From contig CAWAPL010000028.1 of NCBI GenBank assembly GCA_963783845.1, forward strand, positions 25,498 to 89,497: DNA of 64,000 nucleotides, read 5' to 3'. The stretch's first letter is position 1. The number at the start of each line of letters is the position of its first letter. The notes below the pieces were generated by a model. That model saw only the letters and a list, made by a program, of their open reading frames with translations. It made no database searches and was not told the DNA's origin. This document shows, in pieces, positions 18,062-27,050 of the stretch. The translations under genes and the position numbers were made by a program. This DNA is from an uncultured Phycisphaerales bacterium (GTDB taxonomy: Bacteria > Planctomycetota > Phycisphaerae > Tepidisphaerales > Tepidisphaeraceae).

Positions 18062-19177
18062 ATGGCTTACGTTTCCATCAACGACATCCTCGGCGCCGAA
18101 TCTCTGCGGGATCATCCAGAGCACGGTCAGCGGCATTCCCAATCCATTTCCGCAGGCGTTCTTCCAGGTCGATCAGACCGTGGACGGGGACACCGGCGAA
18201 TACAAGGTGTTCAGCGGCTCGCGCACCAACGCGACGATCTCGCCGTACGGGGCGCCGTCGAAGAACCGCCAGCTTCGCGAGATCGGCGTCAAGTCGGTCA
18301 AGCTGCTGCACAGCATCGAGAACATCGTGCTGCCGGTAAAGGATTACATCAACCTTCTGAACTACAACGAGCTTGCCAAGCAGAAGCTGGGCATCGACGA
18401 GGTGAGCCGGCAAATCCGCGAGGCGCGGTGGACGCAGGACAATTTGCGCATCAGCGCGCTGACGTCGATGCTGTTCAAGACGCAGATTTATTACGACAAC
18501 CAGGGGAACCTTCTGCCCAGTTCCACGGCGCGCAGACCACCGTGGACTATACGGTTCCGGCCGGGAATCAGAATCAGCTCGACGTATTCGGCACGGGCAA
18601 CCCGATCCTCAGCGCGCCGTGGTCAACCACGACAACCGCGATCGACACGCAGGTCCGGGCGCTGCACCAGGCGGCGGTGGAGTTGACGGGCTACGAACTC
18701 AAGCACGCGTTCTACGGCAAGAACGTTCCCGGATACCTGACCAGCAACAGCAATTTGGGGAATTATTTCTTCCGCGACAGCTACGGACCCGATGCCTTCG
18801 GCCCGCAGTACATCGCGACGGCGGACATTCCCAATCCGTTGCTCGGCGTGACCTGGCACAAGGCGTACCAGAGCTTCTTCTACGATCAGAACGGCAATCG
18901 CCAGACGCTGGTTGGCGATGACCAGGTCGTCTTCACGCCGGAACCAAGCACGGCCTGGATCGGGTTTTTGGAAGGGACGTATCCGGTTCCGACCAAGGCG
19001 GGGATCATCACGGCGGCGGAGCCGGCCGTGGTCTCCGGCATGGAAGCGCGAGCCGGCATGTTCGCCTATGGCATGGCCAGCGCCGATCCTCCCACGGCGA
19101 AGATTGTTTATGGGGACACGTTTCTGCCCGTATTGAAGATCCCCAGCGCCGTCTTCGTCGCGACCGTGAAGTTCTAA
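18062..19177 (+). pseudogene. Major capsid protein (lambda gpE-like), two compensating frame shifts as sequenced (near 18095 and 18520)
   Basis: MAYVSINDILG (frame of 18062), then ...GIPNPFPQAFFQVDQ...KLLHSIENIVLPVKDY...QIYYDNQGNLLPS (frame of ORF 17943..18686), then back to ...TTVDYTVPAGNQNQLDVF...GDTFLPVLKIPSAVFVATVKF. Confidence 0.75.
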
Positions 19178-19250
19178 TGCCGGATTGCGTTTCTCGGATA
19201 TCGAGAGGAACGCGTCGCAAGCGACGCCGCTAAACTTGCAATTCAATCCT

Positions 19251-19760
19251 ATGATCGATCCCTTTACGCAAACGTCTCAGGCCATCCTGGGCTCGCTTCG
19301 GGCCGATGCCGGCTGGGCGTCGATGGTCAAGCCGGGCAACGTGGTTGATATGACCGCTGACTCGTTCGAGCGGTTCAAATTGCAACTCCAGCCCGCCGAC
19401 GTGCCGGAGGTCATCCTGCTCCAGGGTGGATTCAAGCTGAAGCCCTTCGGCGCCGGCAGCCGGATGACGGAAATGGAGCAGAGCTATCAACTCATCGTCA
19501 CGCACGACTCGCTTCGGGTCAGGCCCGTCAATCAGTTGAAGTTCCAGACATTAATCGCGCTGGCCAAGGCGGGTCCGTCGCTGGGGCTGGAAGGGTTGAT
19601 TCGCGAGTGGGAAATCACGCAGGGCGATGACGACGCCATGGGCCAGAAGCAATGGCGGCGCGGCACGCAGCGATGGGTGAGCGTGCTGAGCATTCGCGTC
19701 AGCATGTATCTCGCGCGAGCGGCTGGTTGCGTGGTGCTGAACTTTTTGGAGACCGTTTGA
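19251..19760 (+). CDS. Phage-block hypothetical protein (head-tail joining position)
   Basis: ATG 19251 within ORF 19185..19760. 169 aa. Its stop overlaps the next ATG (ATGA-type overlap at 19758-19762). Confidence 0.5.
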   Translation: MIDPFTQTSQAILGSLRADAGWASMVKPGNVVDMTADSFERFKLQLQPADVPEVILLQGGFKLKPFGAGSRMTEMEQSYQLIVTHDSLRVRPVNQLKFQTLIALAKAGPSLGLEGLIREWEITQGDDDAMGQKQWRRGTQRWVSVLSIRVSMYLARAAGCVVLNFLETV

Positions 19761-20254
19761 TGTCAACAACTCTTTCCAATCCGCAGGTCAACGTCCAACT
19801 GAAATGCCAGCTCACGGCCGGTGCGGCGCCGGCTGTGGTCACTTCGCAGGTGAGCCATCAGCCGAACATCGCCCTGGGCGCCGGCAACTCCGCCGGGAAC
19901 GTGGATCGTTGTTTTTCCGAACCGTTCACCGTGAGCGCGGGCTCGCCGCTGACGGTGACTCTTTCATCGGCCGCCGATCCATTGGGCAATGCATTGGCCA
20001 TAGTGCACGTCACGAGCGTATTGGTTGAAAACGACAGCAGTACGGCCGGTCAGGACTTCACCGTCGGCGGCGGGACGCATCCCGTGCTGGGGACCGATCA
20101 GGGGACGGCCCAGGCCAACGGAGGCGCCTTCCTGGTGACGAACCCCAACCCCGGCTACTCGGTTGTCGCCGCCGCGAGCGACACCCTGCAAATTTCCGTC
20201 GCCTCCGGCACGAACGTGCCGGGCAAGCTCACCATTCTCGGCCGCTCGGCGTGA
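19760..20254 (+). CDS. Phage-block beta-rich hypothetical protein
   Basis: ATG 19760 within ORF 19652..20254. 164 aa: MSTTLSNPQVNVQLKCQL...KLTILGRSA. Confidence 0.5.
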   Translation: MSTTLSNPQVNVQLKCQLTAGAAPAVVTSQVSHQPNIALGAGNSAGNVDRCFSEPFTVSAGSPLTVTLSSAADPLGNALAIVHVTSVLVENDSSTAGQDFTVGGGTHPVLGTDQGTAQANGGAFLVTNPNPGYSVVAAASDTLQISVASGTNVPGKLTILGRSA

Positions 20255-20298
20255 GCCGGGCGAATTCCTAAACAAGTCATCAGTCACAGGAGTCTTTC

Positions 20299-20715
20299 AT
20301 GGCCGCCTCAGTATTCCATTCCGGATCTTTCGGCACCGCCGCGCTCGGCACGAACGAGCTATCCATTACTGCTTGGAGCGTGCAACCCACCGCTCAGCTT
20401 GTTGAATTCCGGAACAGCAAGAGCGGGGGATACGTTCTGCGCGAAGCCACGTTCAAGGACTGCAGCGTGGCGATCGAAATGGATTTTGATTTTGGCAACA
20501 ACCCGTTCCAGACGCCGTATTCCATCCAGCCGGGGACGACGCTCACCAACGTCAAGCTGTGCCTGCACGAATCGGCGGCGGGGGTGTTGGATGGACTGGC
20601 GTGGACGTTTTCATCGCTGGTGGTGGATTCGACGCCGCAGAGCCTGAAGGTGGACGGCAAGATCACCACGCGATTCACGGCCAAGGGCAACGGCAGCTAT
20701 ACGCCGGTTTCATGA
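20299..20715 (+). CDS. Major tail (tube) protein candidate
   Basis: 138 aa with AGGAG 7 nt upstream. Beta-rich. Lies immediately upstream of a chaperone-like gene that contains a slippery site, the canonical siphovirus order. Confidence 0.5.
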   Translation: MAASVFHSGSFGTAALGTNELSITAWSVQPTAQLVEFRNSKSGGYVLREATFKDCSVAIEMDFDFGNNPFQTPYSIQPGTTLTNVKLCLHESAAGVLDGLAWTFSSLVVDSTPQSLKVDGKITTRFTAKGNGSYTPVS

Positions 20716-20723
20716 GGTGAGGC

Positions 20724-21513
20724 ATGAGCGAACTGAAGGAACTGGTGGGCCTGGGCAATGCATCGGTGTTTCCCGGCCACACGCTTTCTCCGCCGCGGCT
20801 GATCGAATTCGCCGAGGCGGAAGAGGAGGCGGCGGCCCAATATCTGCGCGGCATCGCGAAATCCGCGGCGGCGCTGCCGGCGGCGGTTCGCGATGCGATG
20901 CATCAGCGGGCCGTGGATAATCTGCGCAGCCATCCGTTCAGTTACGGGTCGCAAGCGTTCGACCAATGGGCGCTGTCGATGTCGGCGGCACCGTTCTTGG
21001 CGTGGCTGCTGCTGCGGATCAAGCATCCGAAACTGACGTTGCCGGAGGCATCGCAGCTTTTGTGCGAAGGCGACTATGCGGCGAAGGTGGGTGCGATCTG
21101 GTCTCTTTGGGGATACAAGCCGGGAAAAAAACCCGCGCCCCGCCGGCGAGCGCGGCCCCGGCGGAGAAGGCCGCGCAATCGACTGGCGGGGAATCTTCGG
21201 GCGTCTGACCGACCGCGGACCACGGGGCGGGGGATTGAGTTATGCCCAGGCGGCGGAGCTGACCTGGCCGCAGTTGATGCACGCGCTGGGGATCGAGCCG
21301 GATGCGAACGGGGATTCAAAGGCCGAGATCGCGGCGAAGCAGGATGAAATCTTCGCGAAGATAATTCATCGCCGGTGCTATCTGGCGGTCGATTTGTTGC
21401 GTTTGCCCACGGCGGATTTGATGGCTTTGGTTGCTGACGAAGCCGGCGTGAAACCACCAGCACTTGGATCGTTGTTAAGCGGCCTAAAGCGGTTTATCGG
21501 CAACCGTGAGTGA
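20724..21513 (+). CDS. Tail assembly chaperone pair (G / G-T type) with a candidate translational frameshift
   Basis: ORF 20724..21347 and overlapping ORF 21076..21513 in another frame. The zero-frame heptamer G_GGA_AAA at 21122-21128 sits inside an A7 run. Position is between the tube and the tape-measure candidate. Confidence 0.55.
21122..21128 (+). promoter_or_regulatory. Slippery heptamer G_GGA_AAA (candidate programmed ribosomal frameshift site)
   Basis: Zero-frame codons are CCG GGA AAA AAA CCC. The heptamer is identical to the lambda G/GT site except for the last base. Confidence 0.45.
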
Positions 21514-21517
21514 ACGA

Positions 21518-21960
21518 CTAGGTCGGGACTTTCCTTATCGAAGTTACAACGATGCCATCGAGTTCCGCCTTCACCTTTGCATTGGCCGGACTGTCCGCCT
21601 GGATGTATTTGGAGATATCCATTTTCGTTTGTTTGTGAACGCCCTGGATGCGGTACTGACCCGGGCCGCCTAGCGGCGCGGCGGAAGGGTCAACCATAAC
21701 GGGAAAACCCGGTGGACCCGGGATGATTTGCGCCTCTGGAACGGGCTTCTCGACGGCTCGCAAAAGTCTCATTGCGAAGCGGATGATTCCCAAGATTATG
21801 CCGGCTACTCCGATCCACAACAAAAGAGGCAAGGCTTGGTCGAGAAACCGACGAACCGATTCAGGATTCTGTAACGAACGCGGGTCCCCGGAATTCGCGA
21901 TGTGCATAAGCACAACCATCGCGACAATGGCAAGGCCGAAGGCGATCAGGAAAAGCTTTA
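21518..21960 (-). pseudogene. Two-TM membrane protein (moron), 5' end separated by the IS insertion
   Basis: The host part reads ...LKLFLIAFGLAIVAMVVLMHIA...LLLWIGVAGIILGIIRF...YRIQGVHKQTKMDISKYIQ... The upstream part of ORF 21518..22282 is antisense to the IS transposase. Lower GC. Confidence 0.5.
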
Positions 21961-22851
21961 GAGCTTCTAAAAATGGTCCTTGCCATGCATAAAAAGTCTG
22001 GTCACAATGGTTGGCATTGCTGTCATGGAGGACAGGATGAGCAAGCCGTTGGTACCCGACGAACTGTGGGAACTGGTCGAACCGATCCTTCCCAAACACC
22101 CGTATATTCCCGGATTGGGCAAGCCACGTGTGCCGGATCGCGTCTGTCTGACCGGAATCATCTTTGTACTCAAGACCGGCCTTCCTTGGGAGGACTTCCC
22201 GCAGGAGATGGGCTGTTGCGGCATGACCTTGTGGAACCGCCTCGACGAATGGCGAGAGGCCGGCGTGTGGGACCAACTGCACCGCCTGCTGCTGGACAAA
22301 CTACGCGGGGCCGAGCAGATCGACTTCTCCCGCGTGATCGTGGATTCCACATATGTGCGCACCGTGCACGGGGGAAAAAAACGGGTCCCAGCCCTGTGGA
22401 CCGCCGGAAAAACGGGTCGAAACACCACCTCGTCGTCGATGCCGACGGCGTGCCTCTGGCCGCCATCCTCACCGCGGCCAACCGTCACGATGTGACGCAA
22501 CTGATTCCGCTGATCAACGCGATTCCACCGATTCGGGGCAAAGTCGGCGCTCCGCTGCACGTGCCGGAGGAAGTGATGGCCGACCGGGCTTACCACTCCG
22601 ATCCGCATCGGATGCAACTGTCGGGGCGCGGCATTTCCACCGCCATTGCCCGTCGGGGGCAAGAGCACGGCAGCGGTCTGGGAATCTTTCGCTATGTCGT
22701 CGAACAGACCATCGCCTTGTTCCACCAGTTCCGCCGGCTGCGGACGCGTTTCGACAAACGCGACGACATCCACGAGAGCTTCATGACGCTCGGCTGTGCG
22801 ATGATTTGCTGGCGACGGTTTCATCATGCGTCAAGCTATTTTTAGAAGCTC
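21961..22851 (+). mobile_element. IS5-family insertion sequence (IS427/IS1031-like), 891 bp
   Basis: Terminal inverted repeats GAGCTTCTAAAAAT (14/14) at 21961-21974 and 22838-22851, flanked by a TTA direct repeat (21958-21960 and 22852-22854). Two-frame transposase inside. Confidence 0.88.
22037..22845 (+). CDS. IS5-family DDE transposase OrfAB (programmed -1 frameshift at A_AAA_AAA 22375-22381)
   Basis: OrfA is MSKPLVPDELWELVEPILP...LPWEDFPQEMG (DUF4096-like). The -1 frame continues KKTGPSPVDRRKNGSKHHLVVDADGVPLAAILTAANRHDV...ADRAYHS...FRRLRTRFDKRDDIHESF. Confidence 0.88.
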
Positions 22852-22961
22852 TTAGCCTCCGATAACGTTGACTCAAGCAACCTCCAATCCAACAGGCCCA
22901 AATTATCCCAAGGTGGAGGTCTTATCAAGTATTTCGTAACTCATGGAGGCTAAGAGAACAA

Positions 22962-24227
22962 ATGGCTACACCGAGCTTAGAAGGCGATGATTCGGTCTCG
23001 GACGTCTATGAAGCAATCCAGTCCGGGAAGGAGCACCTCGACTCCCTATTGGACGAAATACATGGTGCCAGCATTTATGACCGCACAGATATCAAGGATA
23101 ATCAGCAGTTCGCGGATTATAAGCGCAGCAAGATCGAGGGCGAATACGGAGGGACAAGGGGGGCAGCTAACCAGTTATACGGAATACTTGGCTTGCAACC
23201 GTCCTATCAGGCAGAAATGGCGGCGTTAACGGAGGGATCGAACTATACGCACGCAGGCGACGCCAAATTCGCAAACGATTCCGATCAGCAAGAAGCTCGG
23301 CAGCAACTACAGCAACTGCAAGTCCAAATGGATGCCGCGATTTCCGGTGAAAGCAAAACAGCCTTCCGGCGACAATGGGAAGCCATAGATGCAAACCTCG
23401 CTCAGACAGTCGCTGCTGCCAATAGCATCGCCAACGACAAGACGTTCTATGGTCAGGTGTTTCACAGCCAGGCGGAGGCGAACGCCTACGCGGATCACCT
23501 TAAGAGTGATGCCGAGAAGATTCACGACAGTGAGTTCACCAAGTTAGAAAGTGCCCGGTATGACGAGATGCAGACCGGCCAAGAGCGATTGGAGGTCCTG
23601 CAGCGATCGGGTGCGGGCGACAAAGAAGGCGCGGCGCGCGAGGCATTGGAATCCAGCCTCAATGCCGAAGGGCGAAAGATCGATCCGAACGACATTGAGA
23701 AAGTCAAACAGTTCGAGCAAATCTATAACCAGTCCCTGGCCAACTTCGACGCCGATGCCGCGCACAAAGCAAAACTGCAGGAGGCACAAACCGACGATCA
23801 AATTCAGTCCTTTCAGGAGGAGGCAAAGGAGGCACAGCTTCGTGCGGCGGGTCGGACGGACGACGCCCGGGTCGAGGGCTTGAATTTTTCCACGCAGCAA
23901 AGAGTCAAATCGCTGCAAGAGGCGGCCGATGCGGAGACCGATCCGGTCCGCAAGGCACAGCTCCAACGTGAGATCGCGGCGGCCAATAGTGCCGGGAAGA
24001 TCGAACAGGATGCCTTGCAGCAGGAAATCCAACGTGAGCACATCTCGAACACACAGGCGTCGGCGTTGTCGGCCGTGTCACAACTGGCCAATTCCAATAT
24101 GAATGCCCTGCACGATGCAGGGGGCGCGTCGAATCTCGCGGATGCAGTGAAAAAGCTCGACGCCGCGACCACGAAGCTCGACAAGGCATTGTCCGATTCA
24201 AAGACGCTTGTGCTTGTGAAGGATTGA
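22962..24227 (+). CDS. Coiled-coil protein in tape-measure position (tentative TMP)
   Basis: 421 aa, Gln/Ala/Glu/Asp-rich and predicted helical throughout, with no hydrophobic segments. It follows the chaperone (after the moron and IS) and precedes distal-tail-like genes. Lower GC than the head genes. Confidence 0.45.
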   Translation: MATPSLEGDDSVSDVYEAIQSGKEHLDSLLDEIHGASIYDRTDIKDNQQFADYKRSKIEGEYGGTRGAANQLYGILGLQPSYQAEMAALTEGSNYTHAGDAKFANDSDQQEARQQLQQLQVQMDAAISGESKTAFRRQWEAIDANLAQTVAAANSIANDKTFYGQVFHSQAEANAYADHLKSDAEKIHDSEFTKLESARYDEMQTGQERLEVLQRSGAGDKEGAAREALESSLNAEGRKIDPNDIEKVKQFEQIYNQSLANFDADAAHKAKLQEAQTDDQIQSFQEEAKEAQLRAAGRTDDARVEGLNFSTQQRVKSLQEAADAETDPVRKAQLQREIAAANSAGKIEQDALQQEIQREHISNTQASALSAVSQLANSNMNALHDAGGASNLADAVKKLDAATTKLDKALSDSKTLVLVKD

Positions 24228-24230
24228 ACC

Positions 24231-25052
24231 ATGGCGCTCGATTCAACCACGGCGATCACGTTTCTCGGCGTGCAGGTGTGGGACGAGGGGACGGAAGAAA
24301 ACTTCGTCCGAACCGGCCACAGCACGGCCGTGCGCACGATGCTCTGCGCCTGGGAAGACCGCGTCACGATCATCAATCAAATCCGCGGCGGCGGCGTGCA
24401 GCTTGGCGCGTACTACTATTACACCGTCTCGCAGGTCTATCCCGATGCGCCGTTCCTTCCGTTCGATTCGATTCATGTTGAAGGCCTTCCCGGTGAAAAC
24501 GGATTGACGGTGGGGCCCAACGGGCTGGTGGGCTACAAATACGCTCGCCTGCGGATCACCTACAAGAGCCTGGACTATTTTGAGGGCGTGACGACGGGAA
24601 CGATGTCGCTGGATTATGCGACGCACACCATGAGTTTGCCGCAGAGCGCGCCGACGTACCAGTTCCCCGACGGCACGCCGCTGGCCCCGCAGGACAGCCC
24701 GCCGCTTCGCGTGGGCATCGTCACGATCGTGCAGACGCGAAAGAACCTGGCGGTGCTGCCGTCGTCGCTGGTTCAGGGCTTGGCGGGTTGCGTGAACTCC
24801 TCGGCGATCCTGGGAGGCGCCGCGGGCACGGTGCTCTTCGACGGCGCCCATGCCGATCGGCGACTCACCACCCTCGGGGCCGAAAATTGGGACATGACCT
24901 ATAAATTCCTTTACCTCCCGTCGGGATGGAACAATCTCATTCAAGCCACGGCCAAAAGCGCCAGCACGGTCGGAACGCTTCAGCCGGTCGCCCGCATCTC
25001 CGACAGCAGCCCGCTCTATCCGTTGGCCGATCTCAGTCCACTCTTGCAGTGA
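24231..25052 (+). CDS. Distal tail protein candidate
   Basis: 273 aa. ATG lies 4 nt after the upstream stop. Beta-rich. The assignment is by position only. Confidence 0.45.
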   Translation: MALDSTTAITFLGVQVWDEGTEENFVRTGHSTAVRTMLCAWEDRVTIINQIRGGGVQLGAYYYYTVSQVYPDAPFLPFDSIHVEGLPGENGLTVGPNGLVGYKYARLRITYKSLDYFEGVTTGTMSLDYATHTMSLPQSAPTYQFPDGTPLAPQDSPPLRVGIVTIVQTRKNLAVLPSSLVQGLAGCVNSSAILGGAAGTVLFDGAHADRRLTTLGAENWDMTYKFLYLPSGWNNLIQATAKSASTVGTLQPVARISDSSPLYPLADLSPLLQ

Positions 25053-25061
25053 GGAGCAATT

Positions 25062-26084
25062 TTGAAACCGTATCCTCGGGCCAATATCAGCGAAGGCGAC
25101 GGCGTCGCGCTTTCGCCGGAGTTGTACAACCGCATTGTCGAGGACATTGAACGTCTGGATCGGATGGCGGTGATGCCGCCGCTGTTTATGACCAGCGGGG
25201 CCAGCGGCAGCACAATCGGTCTGCGGTTATCCCCGGCGGAGTTGGTATTGGTCGCGATCATCGGAGCCGAGACCGGAGGCGGGCGATACCAGGGCTCGAT
25301 CCTCTACGGCAATAGCACGGGCAATACGTCGAACAATTTTCAACTGCAGGCGCAAACGAACCAGTCGGCGACAGACGGTCCGGCGCCGCTGACCAATTCC
25401 AACGGGACGTTGGTCAAAAATGCCCTGGTCATCAATCTGATGGAGCCGAATGTCGGCGGCAGCCACATCCTTTGGGGCAATACGGCGGACATGATCTACG
25501 CGGTCGGGCGGGTCATGGGCTTCACGTCTGAAACCACGCCGCGCACGATTGTGTACATCGAAACCTGGCCGATCATGCCCGTGATCGCGAAAGTGACCGG
25601 AACCTATCAGGCTTCGTACGGAGGCGTGTACTATGGGCGGATCGTGCAGGGGCAATTCGCCAGCGGCAGCAACTTTGGCTACAGCTTTCCACTCAGCAGC
25701 TTGAATCCCGCGTTTCTGCCGTCCGTGGAGAATTGCTGGATCACCAACAATTGGGAACAAACCTACGGGACGCTGGGCCGCAATGCGCTGACAACGGGCC
25801 AATACATATGGGGATTGGTGGCGGGTTTACCGCAGTATTCGAGCATCACGTCCACCAATTCAAACGCCAACAACATATGGTATCAGGTGTATACCTGGTT
25901 TCCCCCGCAGTGCGCGGCATTGACGCATGGAATTCAAAATCTGGTCACCACTCAGACCGCAAATTCCACGTATGCGATCAATGAACAAACCATGCTCAAC
26001 AATTTAAAAACTGACGTATCAAACATTCAGGCGTCACTGAGCAATCTTTACGCGAATTTGAAAACAGCCGGATATTCTTTATAG
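25062..26084 (+). CDS. Tail tip/fibre-like protein with a C-terminal coiled coil
   Basis: 340 aa. TTG start with GAGGAG 6 nt upstream. C-terminus NEQTMLNNLKTDVSNIQASLSNLYANLKTAGYSL has heptad-like character. Confidence 0.45.
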   Translation: MKPYPRANISEGDGVALSPELYNRIVEDIERLDRMAVMPPLFMTSGASGSTIGLRLSPAELVLVAIIGAETGGGRYQGSILYGNSTGNTSNNFQLQAQTNQSATDGPAPLTNSNGTLVKNALVINLMEPNVGGSHILWGNTADMIYAVGRVMGFTSETTPRTIVYIETWPIMPVIAKVTGTYQASYGGVYYGRIVQGQFASGSNFGYSFPLSSLNPAFLPSVENCWITNNWEQTYGTLGRNALTTGQYIWGLVAGLPQYSSITSTNSNANNIWYQVYTWFPPQCAALTHGIQNLVTTQTANSTYAINEQTMLNNLKTDVSNIQASLSNLYANLKTAGYSL

Positions 26085-26148
26085 GCTGTTGAGGGAATTT
26101 CTGGTATTGACGGCTTTTGTGACGATGTGGTATCGAAGAATTAATGAC

Positions 26149-26177
26149 GCCGCTGTGGACAGCGGCAGAAGTTTTTT
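26149..26177 (+). terminator. Rho-independent terminator candidate
   Basis: GCCGCTGT-gg-ACAGCGGC followed 5 nt later by T6, about 65 nt after the last tail gene. Confidence 0.45.
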
Positions 26178-26195
26178 AAAGTTAGGGAGGTACAC

Positions 26196-26918
26196 ATGAG
26201 CGGTAGATATAGGAAAGTTGCGATAGCTGCGGGTGCGGCTCTCGCGGGGCTGAGTATGTTGGGCGCGACGTTGGCGCCCGCGGTCGAAATTCAGAATACA
26301 AGCCCGGTTGCAATTGACGGTTGGGACATTTCCTGGAGCACAGGCGTGGGCCTTTCCGTTACCCAGGACAGCAGTTCCAGCCAGGTCGATGTGGAAAAAA
26401 CGGCCACATTCACAGCGCCGAACCAGGGCTACCAGATTACTTTTGAACCCATTCAAGGTTTTTCCGGAACATCGGCGACGCAATTCGTCATTCCCGACGA
26501 AACGATCGCGAACAACACCGGTGCTTCGTTCAACGGGTTTTCGTTCGTTCTGATGCCCACGGTCGCCGGCAGCACCACGTTCGACAGCGTCGCTCGGACT
26601 TTCATCCCGCCGACCGGATCGGGCTATGACTATACGACCGTGAACCTGACCTCCAGCAACACGATTCTGGCCTATACGGGCACGCAGAATAATGGCGTGA
26701 CTTCGTTTTGGGGCAATGGCGATCCGAGCCCAAGCGGCGACAATCTGCTGATTGACGCGACTGCCGGCGACGGCTTTTCGCTTAAGGAATTGTCTTCGTC
26801 AGGCGGCCCTGGGAGCGTTGTCCCCCTGCCGGCTGCCGCTTGGCAGAGCTTGGCGGGATTGGCCGGGCTGGCCTTGATCGGCCTGCGACGCCAGATGAAG
26901 CATCGGCGCATGGCGTAG
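26196..26918 (+). CDS. Secreted protein with a PEP-CTERM-like sorting tail
   Basis: N-terminal signal peptide (AIAAGAALAGLSMLGATLAPA). C-terminus VPLPAAAWQSLAGLAGLALIGLRRQMKHRR gives a VPxP motif, a TM helix and a basic tail. GGGAGG RBS. Confidence 0.75.
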   Translation: MSGRYRKVAIAAGAALAGLSMLGATLAPAVEIQNTSPVAIDGWDISWSTGVGLSVTQDSSSSQVDVEKTATFTAPNQGYQITFEPIQGFSGTSATQFVIPDETIANNTGASFNGFSFVLMPTVAGSTTFDSVARTFIPPTGSGYDYTTVNLTSSNTILAYTGTQNNGVTSFWGNGDPSPSGDNLLIDATAGDGFSLKELSSSGGPGSVVPLPAAAWQSLAGLAGLALIGLRRQMKHRRMA

Positions 26919-27050
26919 CTTGAGTTACGTCGTTTCCGCGCGATCACGATTGATCGTTGAAACTCGGTGGCGGAGCGGGCGGCGGCTTGACGAATAGGTC
27001 GAGCCGAAGCTCGCTTCGCCCCTTTTTCGTTGGGTGGCGGGAATTGCCGG

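Noticed and set aside
21961-22282. N-terminal 107 residues of minus-strand ORF 21518..22282
   Set aside because: This part lies inside the IS element, antisense to the transposase. It is a read-through artefact created by the insertion.
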